Below, one piece after another: positions 10,204 through 21,140 of a DNA stretch of 48,130 nt. The stretch is from assembly GCA_031282205.1 (NCBI GenBank), contig JAITEE010000148.1:1-48130 (forward strand), written 5' to 3'. The position numbers were made by a program, and so were the translations under genes. Below the pieces are notes generated by a model that was not told the origin of the DNA, did no database searches, and saw only the letters and a program-made list of their open reading frames with translations. Source of the DNA: Candidatus Methanovirga aequatorialis. GTDB taxonomy: Archaea > Methanobacteriota > Methanobacteria > Methanobacteriales > Methanobacteriaceae. The number at the start of each line of letters is the position of its first letter. Position 1 is the first letter of the stretch.

Positions 10204-10390
10204 ATTTATAAAAAATAAAACTATTAATTATTACTATTAAATTAAATGAAGTCTTTTAAGTATAAATGAATATTCTAAAAAAAACGGATATCTAAACCTA
10301 AAAGTCAACTATTTTTTAAAATCAAATCTTTTGTAAACGATTATCTGAACCTTTAACAAACTTTTAACTTTAACCTGACTGGAATTTCAA

Positions 10391-10474
10391 TGCGGGAGCA
10401 GGGATTCGAACCCTGGTAGACCTATGTCAACAGGTCCTAAGCCTGTCCCCTTTGACCAGCTCGGGCACCCCCGC
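10391..10474 (-). tRNA. tRNA-Leu (TAG)
   Basis: GCGGGGGTGCCCGAGC...ACAGGCTTAGGACCTGT, a long variable arm, then CAGGGTTCGAATCCCTG and CTCCCGCA. Confidence 0.9.
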
Positions 10475-10530
10475 TTCGACTAAGGGAGGACCTAGTTAAA
10501 AACTCCATCAAACTTTCAATTGTAGGCAAA

Positions 10531-10605
10531 TGCTCTGGCCGGGATTCGAACCCGAGTCTTCGGCTCGAAAGGCCGAAATGATTGGCCGGACTACACCACC
10601 AGAGC
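10531..10605 (-). tRNA. tRNA-Glu (TTC)
   Basis: GCTCTGGTGGTGTAGTCCGG...TCGGCCTTTCGAGCCGA...CGGGTTCGAATCCCGGCCAGAGCA. Confidence 0.9.
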
Positions 10606-10751
10606 ATAATTTACAAATAAACATTAATTTAATCGATTAAACATTATTACAAACTAATAAATTTAAAATAATAAGATCAAACAAACAATTTTAAATTCCA
10701 TCGTAGGATGGTAGAACACGACCATATAACAAATTAAAATCTTATAGCTCA

Positions 10752-10826
<75 letters not shown>

Positions 10827-10833
10827 TTTTAAA

Positions 10834-10906
<73 letters not shown>

Positions 10907-11106
10907 ATGGGCATTTAAAATCAGTAACTTAAATCCTTATTATCGACACGATAATAATCGATAATCATAACATATGAACTAATGTCTTAATATACCATAT
11001 TTTATCAGTCAAATGTACAATATAATAATATGTTGACCACCATGATATATAAAGGTTTTGCAAAAATTTAGTTTTAACGTTGAAACATCAAAAATTAAAA
11101 ACTTGA

Positions 11107-11793
11107 TTATATACTCAAAAAAGCTGAAATTGCAGCTGTTGAAATGAACGATAATGGAATGGCTAAGAACAATGTATTTTTATTTTTAGTGGCGATTAAT
11201 ACATAAATTAATGATACAAGTAAAGCAGAAATATATCCAAATATTGGAAACATTCTATTAAAAATAGCCGTTAAAATTATAACTATTAAAGAAGAAGCTA
11301 TTATAACATCCCATTCTATAAAATATACCAAATTTTCAGTTTTCTTTTCATGATCAAAGTCCAAGTTGTTATCCTTATATCGCCCAATATTTTCATGAAA
11401 TTTAGCCCTATAAAGTTCATCTTCATCATGATCATTTTGATCAAATCCACCATCATCATGGTCGTTGAAATCGGTACTTCGATCAACAAAATCACGATCA
11501 CTTGGATTATAGTTGAAATCAACAACATCCCCGTGGTCTTCAATACGATCATTAAATCTATCGTCCGAACTATCAGATCCTTTTTCTTGATCACTGTGAG
11601 GATTAATATACTTCCACTTAATTGAGTCTTTTCTAATGGTTTCTTTATGAAATTCATTGGACTTTTGATCTAAGTCTTTTTCAAACGTTGGATCTGATGG
11701 ATCGTTAGGTAACAAGCTCAATGGTTTACCACAGTTAGAACATCTTAAATCACCAGTTCTATTTTCCTGACCACAATATCTACAAATCACCAT
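11107..11793 (-). CDS. zinc-ribbon protein with an Asp-rich linker and C-terminal TM helices
   Basis: CRYCGQEN...CSNCGK at the N-terminus, a long acidic low-complexity region, and hydrophobic helices at the end. Confidence 0.6.
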   Translation of the reverse strand: MVICRYCGQENRTGDLRCSNCGKPLSLLPNDPSDPTFEKDLDQKSNEFHKETIRKDSIKWKYINPHSDQEKGSDSSDDRFNDRIEDHGDVVDFNYNPSDRDFVDRSTDFNDHDDGGFDQNDHDEDELYRAKFHENIGRYKDNNLDFDHEKKTENLVYFIEWDVIIASSLIVIILTAIFNRMFPIFGYISALLVSLIYVLIATKNKNTLFLAIPLSFISTAAISAFLSI

Positions 11794-11995
11794 AATAGTT
11801 AGACCGTGACTATTTATTTTTTTAATTTAGTACTTTTTTTATAACATGACTTCAATACCTTGATCATTTATGATTTGAGTATCGTTTAAATATTATAGTA
11901 CACTATTTATAACTCTTTTAAATATATATAATTTATCCATCGAATATTTTAATCTATGAATATTTTAAGTATATTTAAAAAATAATAAGGATAAA

Positions 11996-12997
11996 ATGAA
12001 TTATATCAGTAAAATAAGAAATAATGAAGTTTTAGACGTAGTAAACAAAGCCAATAAGATTACTAAAGAAAATCATTCTAATGTTGTAACATTGGAGAGA
12101 GCTGTACTAATTTCTTGGTGGTGTGAAAAAGGAGATTGCAGTTTTTGTTATATGAACGCTGAAAAAAAAAGGATTAACAACCCTGAAAAAGCAAAGCGAA
12201 AAGTTAATGGGATCTTAGCAGAAGTAGAATTATGTACTCGTTTAGGTTGGAACATAGAATTTTTATCCGCTGGATACAACAGTTTTTCAACTGAAGAAGT
12301 TAAGAATATCTCTAAAAAGATGTATGAAATAACTAAAAAAGGCACTTGGTTAAATGTTGGTATAACCAATGAACTAAAAGAATATGGTGAGGAAATTATA
12401 GGAGTGACAGGATCGGTTGAAGTCATGAACCCTGAACTTCATGAGGTGGTATGTCCAAGTAAATCTTTAGAAGACATCGGTAACATGTTAGATGTCGCCG
12501 AAGATTTAGGATTTAAAAAGGCAATCACCATAATTTTAGGATTAGGAGAAAGTTTAGAGGATATAAATAAGCTTATTAAATATATAAAAGAACATAAAAT
12601 AGATAGAATTATTTTTTATTCTTTAAATCCTCATAAAGGAACAAAGTTTGAAAAATCCTCCCCACCATCGTCTTTATATTACAGTTGGGTTGTTTCAACC
12701 ATAAGAATAAACTTCCCCAAAGTTGAAATAATTTGTGGTACATGGATAGACAACTTAGCCAACATAGGAATTTTAATTCTAAGTGGAGCAAACGGAATAA
12801 CCAAATTTCCTTTATTTAAAATGTTTGGGACAAAGTATGGTAAAAGAACAGAAGAAGAAATTAAATGGACTGAAAGAGAGCTACAAGGAACATTTACAGA
12901 TATAAACAGGTTGGGTCCATTAAAAAGCCAATACAATCCTAAATACGATGCACATATAAAAAAATATATTGAAGAGTCTTTAAAAGACAAATATTAA
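11996..12997 (+). CDS. radical SAM protein, BioB/HcgA-like, with CX4CX2C cluster motif
   Basis: WWCEKGDCSFCYM cysteine triad followed by a TIM-barrel-like pattern (EFLSAGY, ILGLGES). Confidence 0.7.
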   Translation: MNYISKIRNNEVLDVVNKANKITKENHSNVVTLERAVLISWWCEKGDCSFCYMNAEKKRINNPEKAKRKVNGILAEVELCTRLGWNIEFLSAGYNSFSTEEVKNISKKMYEITKKGTWLNVGITNELKEYGEEIIGVTGSVEVMNPELHEVVCPSKSLEDIGNMLDVAEDLGFKKAITIILGLGESLEDINKLIKYIKEHKIDRIIFYSLNPHKGTKFEKSSPPSSLYYSWVVSTIRINFPKVEIICGTWIDNLANIGILILSGANGITKFPLFKMFGTKYGKRTEEEIKWTERELQGTFTDINRLGPLKSQYNPKYDAHIKKYIEESLKDKY

Positions 12998-13021
12998 AAT
13001 GAAGTTAAGCAAACGATCAAA

Positions 13022-13768
13022 TTAAAAAACATGAAAATAAGATAGAAAAGCTTCCATTTGCTTTAAAGATCTTAAATAAGTTCCCTCTTCAGCATATCCA
13101 TGGGGGGATAAAACTTCACAAGTTACTGCAGGAATTCCAGACAAATTACATTCATCTTCCAAGGCTCCTTTAAACGTTGACCCCGCCATATCAAATGAAA
13201 TGATCTCAGAACCGATTTTATGAGAGATATATTCTCCAATTTCATAACTTTTATGTAGAGGTTTTAAACTACAAAAAATTCCTTCCTTTCCAGGGTTACT
13301 ATTGATGGATGTTGAATGAAAATCGGCAAGTGAATCAATCTTAAGTTCATGGGCTTTTTTTAGAATTACATTAGTCAAGGATCCAAAAACATCCGAAGAC
13401 CTATTTAAATCGTCGTTGTTAAACCAACGGATGTTTTCCATGCTTGATCTAGGTGCCGTGAAAGGAATAACATAAACGGTTCCATTTAAGTCCTTACAAA
13501 ATAGTTTTTCCATTAACAACAAAGAAGCAATTTGAGGAGGAATTTCATTACCATGAACTCCCGAAACCAACATAAGTCTCAAATTTCCAGAACCAAACTT
13601 AAAGATTGGTGTTCCCTTAATTGTCTCCTTTAAAACAAATCTTGATAATGGTGTTTTTGGAATATATTTAAAAAGATAATAGTTCCCACTGATGAAGCCC
13701 CCAGAATAAGAAAATAAAATATTTGAACTTGTATTACCCAAAAAATTAATATCTTTACTACCGTACAT
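13022..13768 (-). CDS. succinylglutamate desuccinylase/aspartoacylase-family zinc hydrolase
   Basis: The VSGVHGNE motif is typical of the AstE/AspA family. I chose the internal ATG (MYGSKD) to avoid a 41-nt overlap with the argG 3' end. Confidence 0.6.
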   Translation of the reverse strand: MYGSKDINFLGNTSSNILFSYSGGFISGNYYLFKYIPKTPLSRFVLKETIKGTPIFKFGSGNLRLMLVSGVHGNEIPPQIASLLLMEKLFCKDLNGTVYVIPFTAPRSSMENIRWFNNDDLNRSSDVFGSLTNVILKKAHELKIDSLADFHSTSINSNPGKEGIFCSLKPLHKSYEIGEYISHKIGSEIISFDMAGSTFKGALEDECNLSGIPAVTCEVLSPHGYAEEGTYLRSLKQMEAFLSYFHVF

Positions 13769-13784
13769 TAAAGAACGTTCCAAA

Positions 13785-14960
13785 TCAATGTTTTTGTTTT
13801 TGATAGATAGCAGCCTGCATTCCATGATGTTTGATCATGCCCTCAATTTCTCTTTGATCATTTTCCTTATCTTCAAAACTTATCTGTTTAATATCGTGTA
13901 AACTAAATTTAGATTCTCTACTTAAAATAGATATATGCCCCTTGTAAAGATTTAAAACAATGCTTCCAGTTACTCTCCTTTGCATATGATCAACACATCT
14001 ATCCAGATCTTCTCTAAGTGGTTCTTGCCATAAGGCATTATAAACAAGGTCAGAATACAATGGTGAAATATAGTCAATAAATCTTAGTTCATTTTTTGTA
14101 AATACAAGTTCCTCCAATCCTCTATGGGCCTTGATAAGAAGTGTTGCACCAGGTACTTCATAGACCTCTCGACTTTTAAGACCGACCATACGATCTTCAA
14201 TAATATCTATTTTTCCAATTCCGTTATTTCCAGCTATTTCATTAGTCTTAGCTATTAAATCGATTAAATCCATTTTTTCACCATTAATAGCTATTGGAAC
14301 TCCAGAATTAAACTCAATATTTATTTTTTCAGGATTATCGTTTGCTTCCATATCCGATCTCACCCAGTCATAAGCCTCTTGTGGAACCTCATTTTTGGGG
14401 TCTTCAATAACGTCTCCTTCGATAGATCTTCCCCAAATATTTTCATCAATACTGAATTTACTATCTGGAGATAAGGGGATGTTATGTTTTCTTGCATAGT
14501 CTTGTTCCTCTGTTCTTGTTAGATTTAATTCCCTTATAGGAGCTATTATTTTAAAATTGGACATGGATCTTATTATACTTTCAAATCTAAACTGATCGTT
14601 TCCTTTTCCAGTGCATCCATGTGCAATGGCAGCAGCATCTTCTTTTTCAGCTGTTTCAATTATTTTCATGGCTATTAAGGGTCTTGCAAGAGCTGTACTT
14701 AATGGATACCCCTCATATACTGCATTGACTTTTATTCCTTTTGATATGAAGTCATTTGCAAACTCTTCCTTTGCGTCTATACTGCAATGTTTAAAAACTC
14801 CAATTTTCTTTGCCACATTTTCAGCTTTTTCAATTTCTTCCCTTGGCTGACCAACATCAACACAAGCTGTTATAACATCTAAATTATAATTTTCCTCCAA
14901 CAATCTAACACAAACCGTTGTGTCTAAACCTCCACTAAAAGCAAGAACAACTTTATCCAA
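13785..14960 (-). CDS. argG: argininosuccinate synthase
   Basis: VVLAFSGGLDTTV, AHGCTGKGNDQFRFE and the remaining family pattern. TTG start 4 nt after an AAGGTGA ribosome-binding site. Confidence 0.9.
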   Translation of the reverse strand: MDKVVLAFSGGLDTTVCVRLLEENYNLDVITACVDVGQPREEIEKAENVAKKIGVFKHCSIDAKEEFANDFISKGIKVNAVYEGYPLSTALARPLIAMKIIETAEKEDAAAIAHGCTGKGNDQFRFESIIRSMSNFKIIAPIRELNLTRTEEQDYARKHNIPLSPDSKFSIDENIWGRSIEGDVIEDPKNEVPQEAYDWVRSDMEANDNPEKINIEFNSGVPIAINGEKMDLIDLIAKTNEIAGNNGIGKIDIIEDRMVGLKSREVYEVPGATLLIKAHRGLEELVFTKNELRFIDYISPLYSDLVYNALWQEPLREDLDRCVDHMQRRVTGSIVLNLYKGHISILSRESKFSLHDIKQISFEDKENDQREIEGMIKHHGMQAAIYQKQKH

Positions 14961-15107
14961 ATTATCACCTTGATTTTTAAATTATAATATAATTAATATA
15001 TTGCTCATTATTTTTAAATGTTATGTTCACCAACAAGAAGTCAAGATCTTTTATTCGTTCCGTGCTTCTTCATCTCATATCAAACGAATTCTTAAAAATA
15101 GTAGATT

Positions 15108-16709
15108 TCATTGCAATACTGACTGGAATCCTTTTTTATTGGAATGATACGATTTTGAAATGTCCTGAATGTGTTTATAATCTTTTCCATTACCACTATG
15201 ATTTAAAAGTTTTTTAAATTTAGTATAACAAATTTCGTTCACGAAGTTGGGCAAACATAATTTTTTTTCAACATCAATTAAATCTCCCAAACTAAGTATA
15301 TTTAAACATTCCTCAAAATTTATTCTTTGCAATATTTTTTTAGTAAAAGGTCTCTTTGAATCTAAAAACGAAATACTCTTAATAAATTCTTGAACTAAAT
15401 CACTATTTAGAATAAGCATGGCCATATAAGCGTCATCATAATTTTCAAAAGATATGAAATAGCAAGTATCATCCATCATCATTGGTTCTTGAGAATTTAA
15501 TAACGCAAAAATAGGATTCTTGTAAAATCCTGAAACGCCCACTTTATATTTTGAAAAAGAATAATCTCCAACTCCAAACATGCTAAACTCTGGACAATTT
15601 TTGTAGATGACACTTTTACGATTATCTAAACATTCTTGATTATCTTTGAGATATTGCCATGTTTTAGGAACCAATTTTTCTATGTAACTCGTATCTTCTT
15701 TAATTTTTCTTTGAGTTACAATCACGTATCTCTCACTATTATTTAAAATATTTGATTTAATAGAGCTGCTTTTTATTAAAGGATACACCAACGTGTCTTC
15801 AATATCAACTATCTCATTTTTTTTATTTATATAACCAACATTGGATTTTTTTAATTCCATTATCTTCGAACAATCATGTTTTACTCCTTGACGCCATTCA
15901 AAGCAAGATATTCCATCAATAATACCAAATTCTTTATCCATGTTGGAATAAAATTTATTATTCTTAAAACCAAATTTGGATTTCATATTGAGAACGTCTT
16001 CTAAGTCAAAAACTTCACAGTAGTCTTTAGAAATATTTTTTTTGTTAGATTTACAATGAATACACACCCTTCTGCAGAAACATTAAACACTTTCTTAGTG
16101 TTGAAATTCAAAGTTCTGGCAAGGTCAAAACTGATATTATTCCTTTTTAACTCTTTGAAAACATTTCTAGCCACTATTTTTTTGACTAAAAAAGCAAAAG
16201 TCGTGTTTGTATCTTTAAAACTATTTATTAGTTTCAAAATAATATATTCTGCGATATCGAAATTAGCACTCCCCGTTATCGAATCTAAACCTTTTTTACC
16301 TTTAAAGTTAGACTTATTTGGCAAATTCAGATTTCATTAAAGATAATTCACTATTAGTCACCCATGGAGGGTTACCTACTAAAAGAGTCTTATCATCACA
16401 ACTGAGAGTATCAATCATGTGATTAAAATCAAAACTAAAAATATCCTCGTTATATATAAAAACATTACCACTATTCAAATTCGTTTTAGTCTCATTAAAA
16501 TATTCTTTATTGATTTCAATACCACATATTTTACTATTTGGAAAATACTTTAAACAACTATCTATAAAGTTACCTCTACCACAAGTTGGTTCAATAATAA
16601 AGTTTGGTGACAAATTCATTCTTTTTCTTAAATATCTGCAAACAATATCTGTAAAGTATGAAGGAGTTTGATAGTCTCCAAATTCTTTTTGTTCATTATT
16701 CCCAATCAT
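15108..16709 (-). pseudogene. gamma-class N6-adenine DNA methyltransferase with TaqI-like C-terminal target-recognition domain, split by two frameshifts
   Basis: Three tiled same-strand ORFs (16709-16314, 16324-16001, 16067-15108). Motif I is EPTCGRGNF and motif IV is GNPPWV. The second break falls at an A8 run (16036-16043). Confidence 0.7.
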
Positions 16710-17350
16710 AATTGTATACTCCTGAAACCTTATTATTCAGTCCTATGACCCTTTTATACTGTAACCTCCACTGTAACGCATTTGAAATCGTTAAATATCC
16801 CTGTGTAATGGAATTACTCATTATATCATTAGCCAACTGATTTAAAATAATTTCGTCACCAGGAACATTTTTATCTTCTAAAAAACCAAGAATATCTTCT
16901 TTAATTGCTCCATCTTTAATCATTTCAATTAGTCTCTTAGTTAATGTAAAAATCACTTGTTCTTTTTGACTCTATAAAAGTACAATGTTTAAAATTAAGT
17001 GAGCAAACCTTGTCTCCATCACATTTTTCGTGCACAAAAACAAGTAAATTGTAACCTAATCCAAATATTTTTTGATTTGCATTTCTAAAAGGACATGAAC
17101 TTTGGGGTTGTTTTAATGATGTGACTTTTATATCAGTGTTTATTTCAGGATCAGGTAAATCAATACCTTTTGCACTCGATCCAACTGTGAATATATATTT
17201 TGTTTTAAGATAATTTTGAAATTTATGCTCCGCATAAGTTCCTACTGCTTTTCCATCAGTAATACCTATTAATTCAAAATGATTATTTCTACTTTCTTGT
17301 TCACAAAAAATTTTTGCTTCTTTTTTCAATAAATCCAAAGTCAATTTCAT
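16696..17350 (-). pseudogene. type II restriction endonuclease candidate (PD-(D/E)XK-like), split by one frameshift
   Basis: ORFs 17350-16937 and 16956-16696 tile the region. GIDLPDPEINTDIKVTS looks like a D...(D/E)XK catalytic motif. Its stop overlaps the methyltransferase start by 14 nt. Confidence 0.5.
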
Positions 17351-17549
17351 AATTCAAAGCCCTCCAGTTTTTGATAGTTCCTGTATTCTCATAATAGTTG
17401 TAGTTAGTCATATATAAATTTAAAAAAAAGTTTTGATGTTGTTGAAGTTTATTGTTTTAAATCATTGATCCATTATTTACACGTTAGATATTAATAGTCC
17501 TCTTAATAAGATAATATTTAAATATTTTTAATTTTACTATATAATATAT

Positions 17550-18248
17550 ATGTTACATATAATACCTGTAATGGATTTAATGAATGGAGTAGCCGTTAGT
17601 GGCAAGTCTGGAAATAGAAGTAGTTACCTTCCTCTTAAAACCATCTTTTCTCCGACTCCAAATCCATATTCAATAGCTAAGTCTTTGAAAATGAAGGAGG
17701 TAAATGAACTCTACATTGCAGACCTAGATTTAATTGAGAAAAAGGGACATAATTTAGACACTATTAAAATGATGAATTCCATAATGCCTTTAATTTTAGA
17801 TGTTGGAATTAAAAACTTCAATTCGTTTAATTTTTTCTTAGATTTCGCCTACAAGGTAGTTGTAGCAACTGAAACTTTGGAATCATTGGAAGAACTTCAT
17901 AAAATATTTGAAAGATTTCCAAAAGAAAGGATTGTAGTTAGTGTAGATGTAAAGAACGATGAACTTTACATCAATGAGTCCAATTTAAGTTTAGATGAAT
18001 TTAAAAAAGAGTTAATAGATATCTCCCCTAATGAGATTATACTTTTAGATATATCCCGTGTTGGAACTGAAAAGGGAATCAACACAAAACTGATTAATAA
18101 ATTCCATGAACTCAAGGATAAGTTGATTTTAGGTGGTGGAATACGAAAAGGAGATTTAAGTTCTATCGAAAATCTTGGAATTAAAAAAATTCTAGTTGGT
18201 ACTGGATTACATAAAGGCGAAATTCCTTTAAACAGATGCGAGCCATGA
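17550..18248 (+). CDS. HisA/HisF-family (beta-alpha)8 barrel paralogue
   Basis: IIPVMDLMNG...ADLD...GGGIR pattern of the HisA/HisF family. There are no other his genes nearby. Confidence 0.6.
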   Translation: MLHIIPVMDLMNGVAVSGKSGNRSSYLPLKTIFSPTPNPYSIAKSLKMKEVNELYIADLDLIEKKGHNLDTIKMMNSIMPLILDVGIKNFNSFNFFLDFAYKVVVATETLESLEELHKIFERFPKERIVVSVDVKNDELYINESNLSLDEFKKELIDISPNEIILLDISRVGTEKGINTKLINKFHELKDKLILGGGIRKGDLSSIENLGIKKILVGTGLHKGEIPLNRCEP

Positions 18249-18275
18249 AAAAATTGATTTCATATTTAACATCGC

Positions 18276-18464
18276 TTAACGTAATAAAAAGGGGATCACA
18301 ATAAAAGGGATGAGTGCTGCAACAACAAATACTCCAACCCCAGTAATTGCAATATTCCTATGCCTATCCATTATACCATTAATCATTAATATAGTGCCAA
18401 AAAACCCTAAAATAGTAGGTATAAAATGAGAAAATACAATGGTTATGTCCATGCCTAAATCCAT
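18276..18464 (-). CDS. small two-TM membrane protein
   Basis: 62-aa ORF made of two hydrophobic helices. Confidence 0.4.
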   Translation of the reverse strand: MDLGMDITIVFSHFIPTILGFFGTILMINGIMDRHRNIAITGVGVFVVAALIPFIVIPFLLR

Positions 18465-18888
18465 ATTAATCTTCGATTAGCTATTTTTTAATAAATACTA
18501 CATCTTACTTAGTCCATATCAATATTTATACTTTATTATCCAATATAATGTTAATATAAACATATACCCATATAAAGAATTAAATAGAATACATTTATAA
18601 TGATTTTGGTAAAGTTTGTCAATTATAAAATATCAATATTCAATATAATCTATTTAAATTTAATTTAGAGAATTTTTATAAGAAATAATTAGATTAATAA
18701 TTTATAAACATTACCATTATCACTATAATAGAAACAACATGAAAATATCTAACGTTTTTATTATATACCAACGACGTTAATTAATGAAGTAAGTAACTAC
18801 AATATAGAAAACTATTAAATAATGATCTTATAAATACAAACTAAAGTTCATGAATTTAATATTTATAGAATGTTAATGGTGAATACTG

Positions 18889-19050
18889 ATGATTGTTAAA
18901 GATTGGTGTATGTACTGTGGTGAATGTGCTGGAGTATGTCCAAAAAATCTTATTTTATTAAAAGAAACCGATTTAATTTTTGATGATTCAAAATGTAGAG
19001 AATGTGACATCTGCATTGGAGTATGTCCAGTTAATGCATTAGAAAGATAG
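18889..19050 (+). CDS. 2x[4Fe-4S] ferredoxin (53 aa), partner of geranylgeranyl reductase
   Basis: Not in the ORF track because it is under 60 aa. Translation: MIVKDWCMYCGECAGVCP...CRECDICIGVCP. It ends 7 nt before the GGR start. Confidence 0.75.
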   Translation: MIVKDWCMYCGECAGVCPKNLILLKETDLIFDDSKCRECDICIGVCPVNALER

Positions 19051-19057
19051 TGATATT

Positions 19058-20236
19058 ATGATTGAAACTGATATTTTAGTGGTAGGTGCAGGACCAGCTG
19101 GCTCAATAGCTGCAAAACATGCCGCTTTAGGTGGAGCAGACGTTCTCTTAATAGATAAAAAATCTGAAATCGGATCTCCTAAAAGATGTGCTGAAGGTGT
19201 TTCAAAAGAAGGTTTAAATTTTTTAGGAATAGAACCACAACTAATTTGGGCTGTTAATGAAATAGAAGGTATAAGACTAATAGCTCCTGATGGAACTGAT
19301 GTTTGGTTAAATGATGAGATAAAGTTGCCAGAAGCAGGATACATTCTTGAGAGGAAAGTTTTTGATAAACACATGGCGATGGATGCAGGAAGAGCTGGAG
19401 CAAAAATTAAAATTAAAACCTTGGCCAACGCACTTAAAAAGGAAGGGGATTCCTACATAGTCAACTGTGAATCTATGGGAGAAGAGCTTGATATTAAAGC
19501 AAAAATTTTAATAGGTGCCGATGGACCAGAATCACATATTGGAAGATGGGCAGGACTTAAAACTGGTACAAAACCAAAAGACATGGAATCAGGAGTTCAA
19601 TTTGAAATGTGTAACGTTAAAATGGAAGACCCAACAGTTTTGGAATTTTACTTTGGTTCAGTTGCTCCTGGGGGCTACGTTTGGATCTTCCCTAAAGGTG
19701 AAGATGTGGCAAACGTTGGTTTAGGTATTATTCAAAGTAAAGCTGATAAAACTGCTTATGAATATTTAGTCGACTTTGTAAAAACTTGCCCAGCTACTAA
19801 AGATGGTAAAATCGTTGAATTAAATGTTGGTGGAGATCCAGTCGGTGGAATGATTAAAGACCTTTCTGATGATAATATATTAATCGTTGGTGATGCAGCA
19901 GGTCAAGTCCACCCTTTAACTGGTGGAGGAATAATTAACGGTATGACCTGTGGAATGTTTGCAGGAGAAATTGCAGCTAAATCTATTAAAAAGGGAGATT
20001 ACTCTAAAAAACATCTATCAGAATATGACAAAAGATGTAAAGATCTTTTAGAAGATAAAATGAAAAAATATCTTAAAGTTAGAGATTATCTTGAATCCCT
20101 AAGTGATGATGAATTAAATTCAGTAGCGGCCGCTTTTCAAAACGTGGAATTTAAAGAGATAAGTACCGCAGAATTAGTCAAAAAACTTGTTAAGGTTTCT
20201 CCTAAGGCCTTGTTAAAATTAGGGAAACTATTTTAG
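19058..20236 (+). CDS. digeranylgeranylglycerophospholipid (geranylgeranyl) reductase
   Basis: VVGAGPAGS FAD fold, RCAEG, and GDAAG...PLTGGGI motifs of archaeal GGR. Confidence 0.85.
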   Translation: MIETDILVVGAGPAGSIAAKHAALGGADVLLIDKKSEIGSPKRCAEGVSKEGLNFLGIEPQLIWAVNEIEGIRLIAPDGTDVWLNDEIKLPEAGYILERKVFDKHMAMDAGRAGAKIKIKTLANALKKEGDSYIVNCESMGEELDIKAKILIGADGPESHIGRWAGLKTGTKPKDMESGVQFEMCNVKMEDPTVLEFYFGSVAPGGYVWIFPKGEDVANVGLGIIQSKADKTAYEYLVDFVKTCPATKDGKIVELNVGGDPVGGMIKDLSDDNILIVGDAAGQVHPLTGGGIINGMTCGMFAGEIAAKSIKKGDYSKKHLSEYDKRCKDLLEDKMKKYLKVRDYLESLSDDELNSVAAAFQNVEFKEISTAELVKKLVKVSPKALLKLGKLF

Positions 20237-20285
20237 ATTGTACTCATATTATTTTAAAAAAAAAACTTATCGCAAAGGTGATCGT

Positions 20286-21026
20286 ATGGAATATAGTTTA
20301 AATAAAAAGATGATTTCAGAACTTGTTGGAACCTTTCTTTTGGTATTGTTCGGTACTGGTTCTGCAGTCGGAGCCGCTTTAATGGTAAACAAACTTATAC
20401 CCAATGGAAGTATAGGTGGTTTAGGTGGGTTTAGTGAATGGTTAGCTGTTAGTTGGGGATTTGGAATTACAGCGATTGGTGTGATCTATGTCTTTGGAAA
20501 AATATCTGGAGGGCATATAAATCCAGCTGTCACAATCGGTTTGCTTGTTACCAAAAATATATCCATAAAAGATGGAATTTGTTACATCATAGCTCAATTT
20601 ATTGGAGCCATCATAGCATCAATAGCTGTGTTTACCATTTTTGGAGATCCTGGAGTTTTCATAGGACAACTCGGTGCTAATGCACCCGCAACTGGTGTCA
20701 GCTATTTTCAAGGGTTCATCGCTGAATTGATAGGTACATTTTTCCTTGTATTGGTTGTTATGGGTGTAGCCGTTGATAAAAAAGCAGATCCTGGAACTTA
20801 TGGTCTTTCAATAGGCCTTACAATCGGAATAGCATTGACATTTTTAGGCCCGATTACAGGTGGTTGTATCAACCCTGCAAGAGGATTTTCACCGATTTTA
20901 ATAGACTTTTTAGCTGGAGGAGCGAACCTTTTTGGATACTATCCAATTTTTTTATTTGGGCCAATAGTAGGTGGAATAATAGCCGCGTTACTCTATAACT
21001 TTATAGCAAAACCAAACATGGAATAA
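20286..21026 (+). CDS. aqpM: MIP-family aquaporin (AqpM-like)
   Basis: Two NPA boxes (HINPAVT, CINPARG) and six TM helices. I chose the ATG at 20286 (MEYSLNKK). Confidence 0.85.
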   Translation: MEYSLNKKMISELVGTFLLVLFGTGSAVGAALMVNKLIPNGSIGGLGGFSEWLAVSWGFGITAIGVIYVFGKISGGHINPAVTIGLLVTKNISIKDGICYIIAQFIGAIIASIAVFTIFGDPGVFIGQLGANAPATGVSYFQGFIAELIGTFFLVLVVMGVAVDKKADPGTYGLSIGLTIGIALTFLGPITGGCINPARGFSPILIDFLAGGANLFGYYPIFLFGPIVGGIIAALLYNFIAKPNME

Positions 21027-21140
21027 TAAAGATAATATTGTTTTCCGATCTTATAAAGATCTTTTTTTATTATTTTTATTTGATGTTTAACTTTTTTTAC
21101 TATTTTTAATTGGATTTCGTAGAATTAATGTTTTTTAAAG

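Noticed and set aside
15023-15217. 64-aa plus-strand ORF between argG and the methyltransferase remnant
   Set aside because: It overlaps the 3' end of the methyltransferase reading frame on the opposite strand. It has no ribosome-binding site or motif and is probably spurious.
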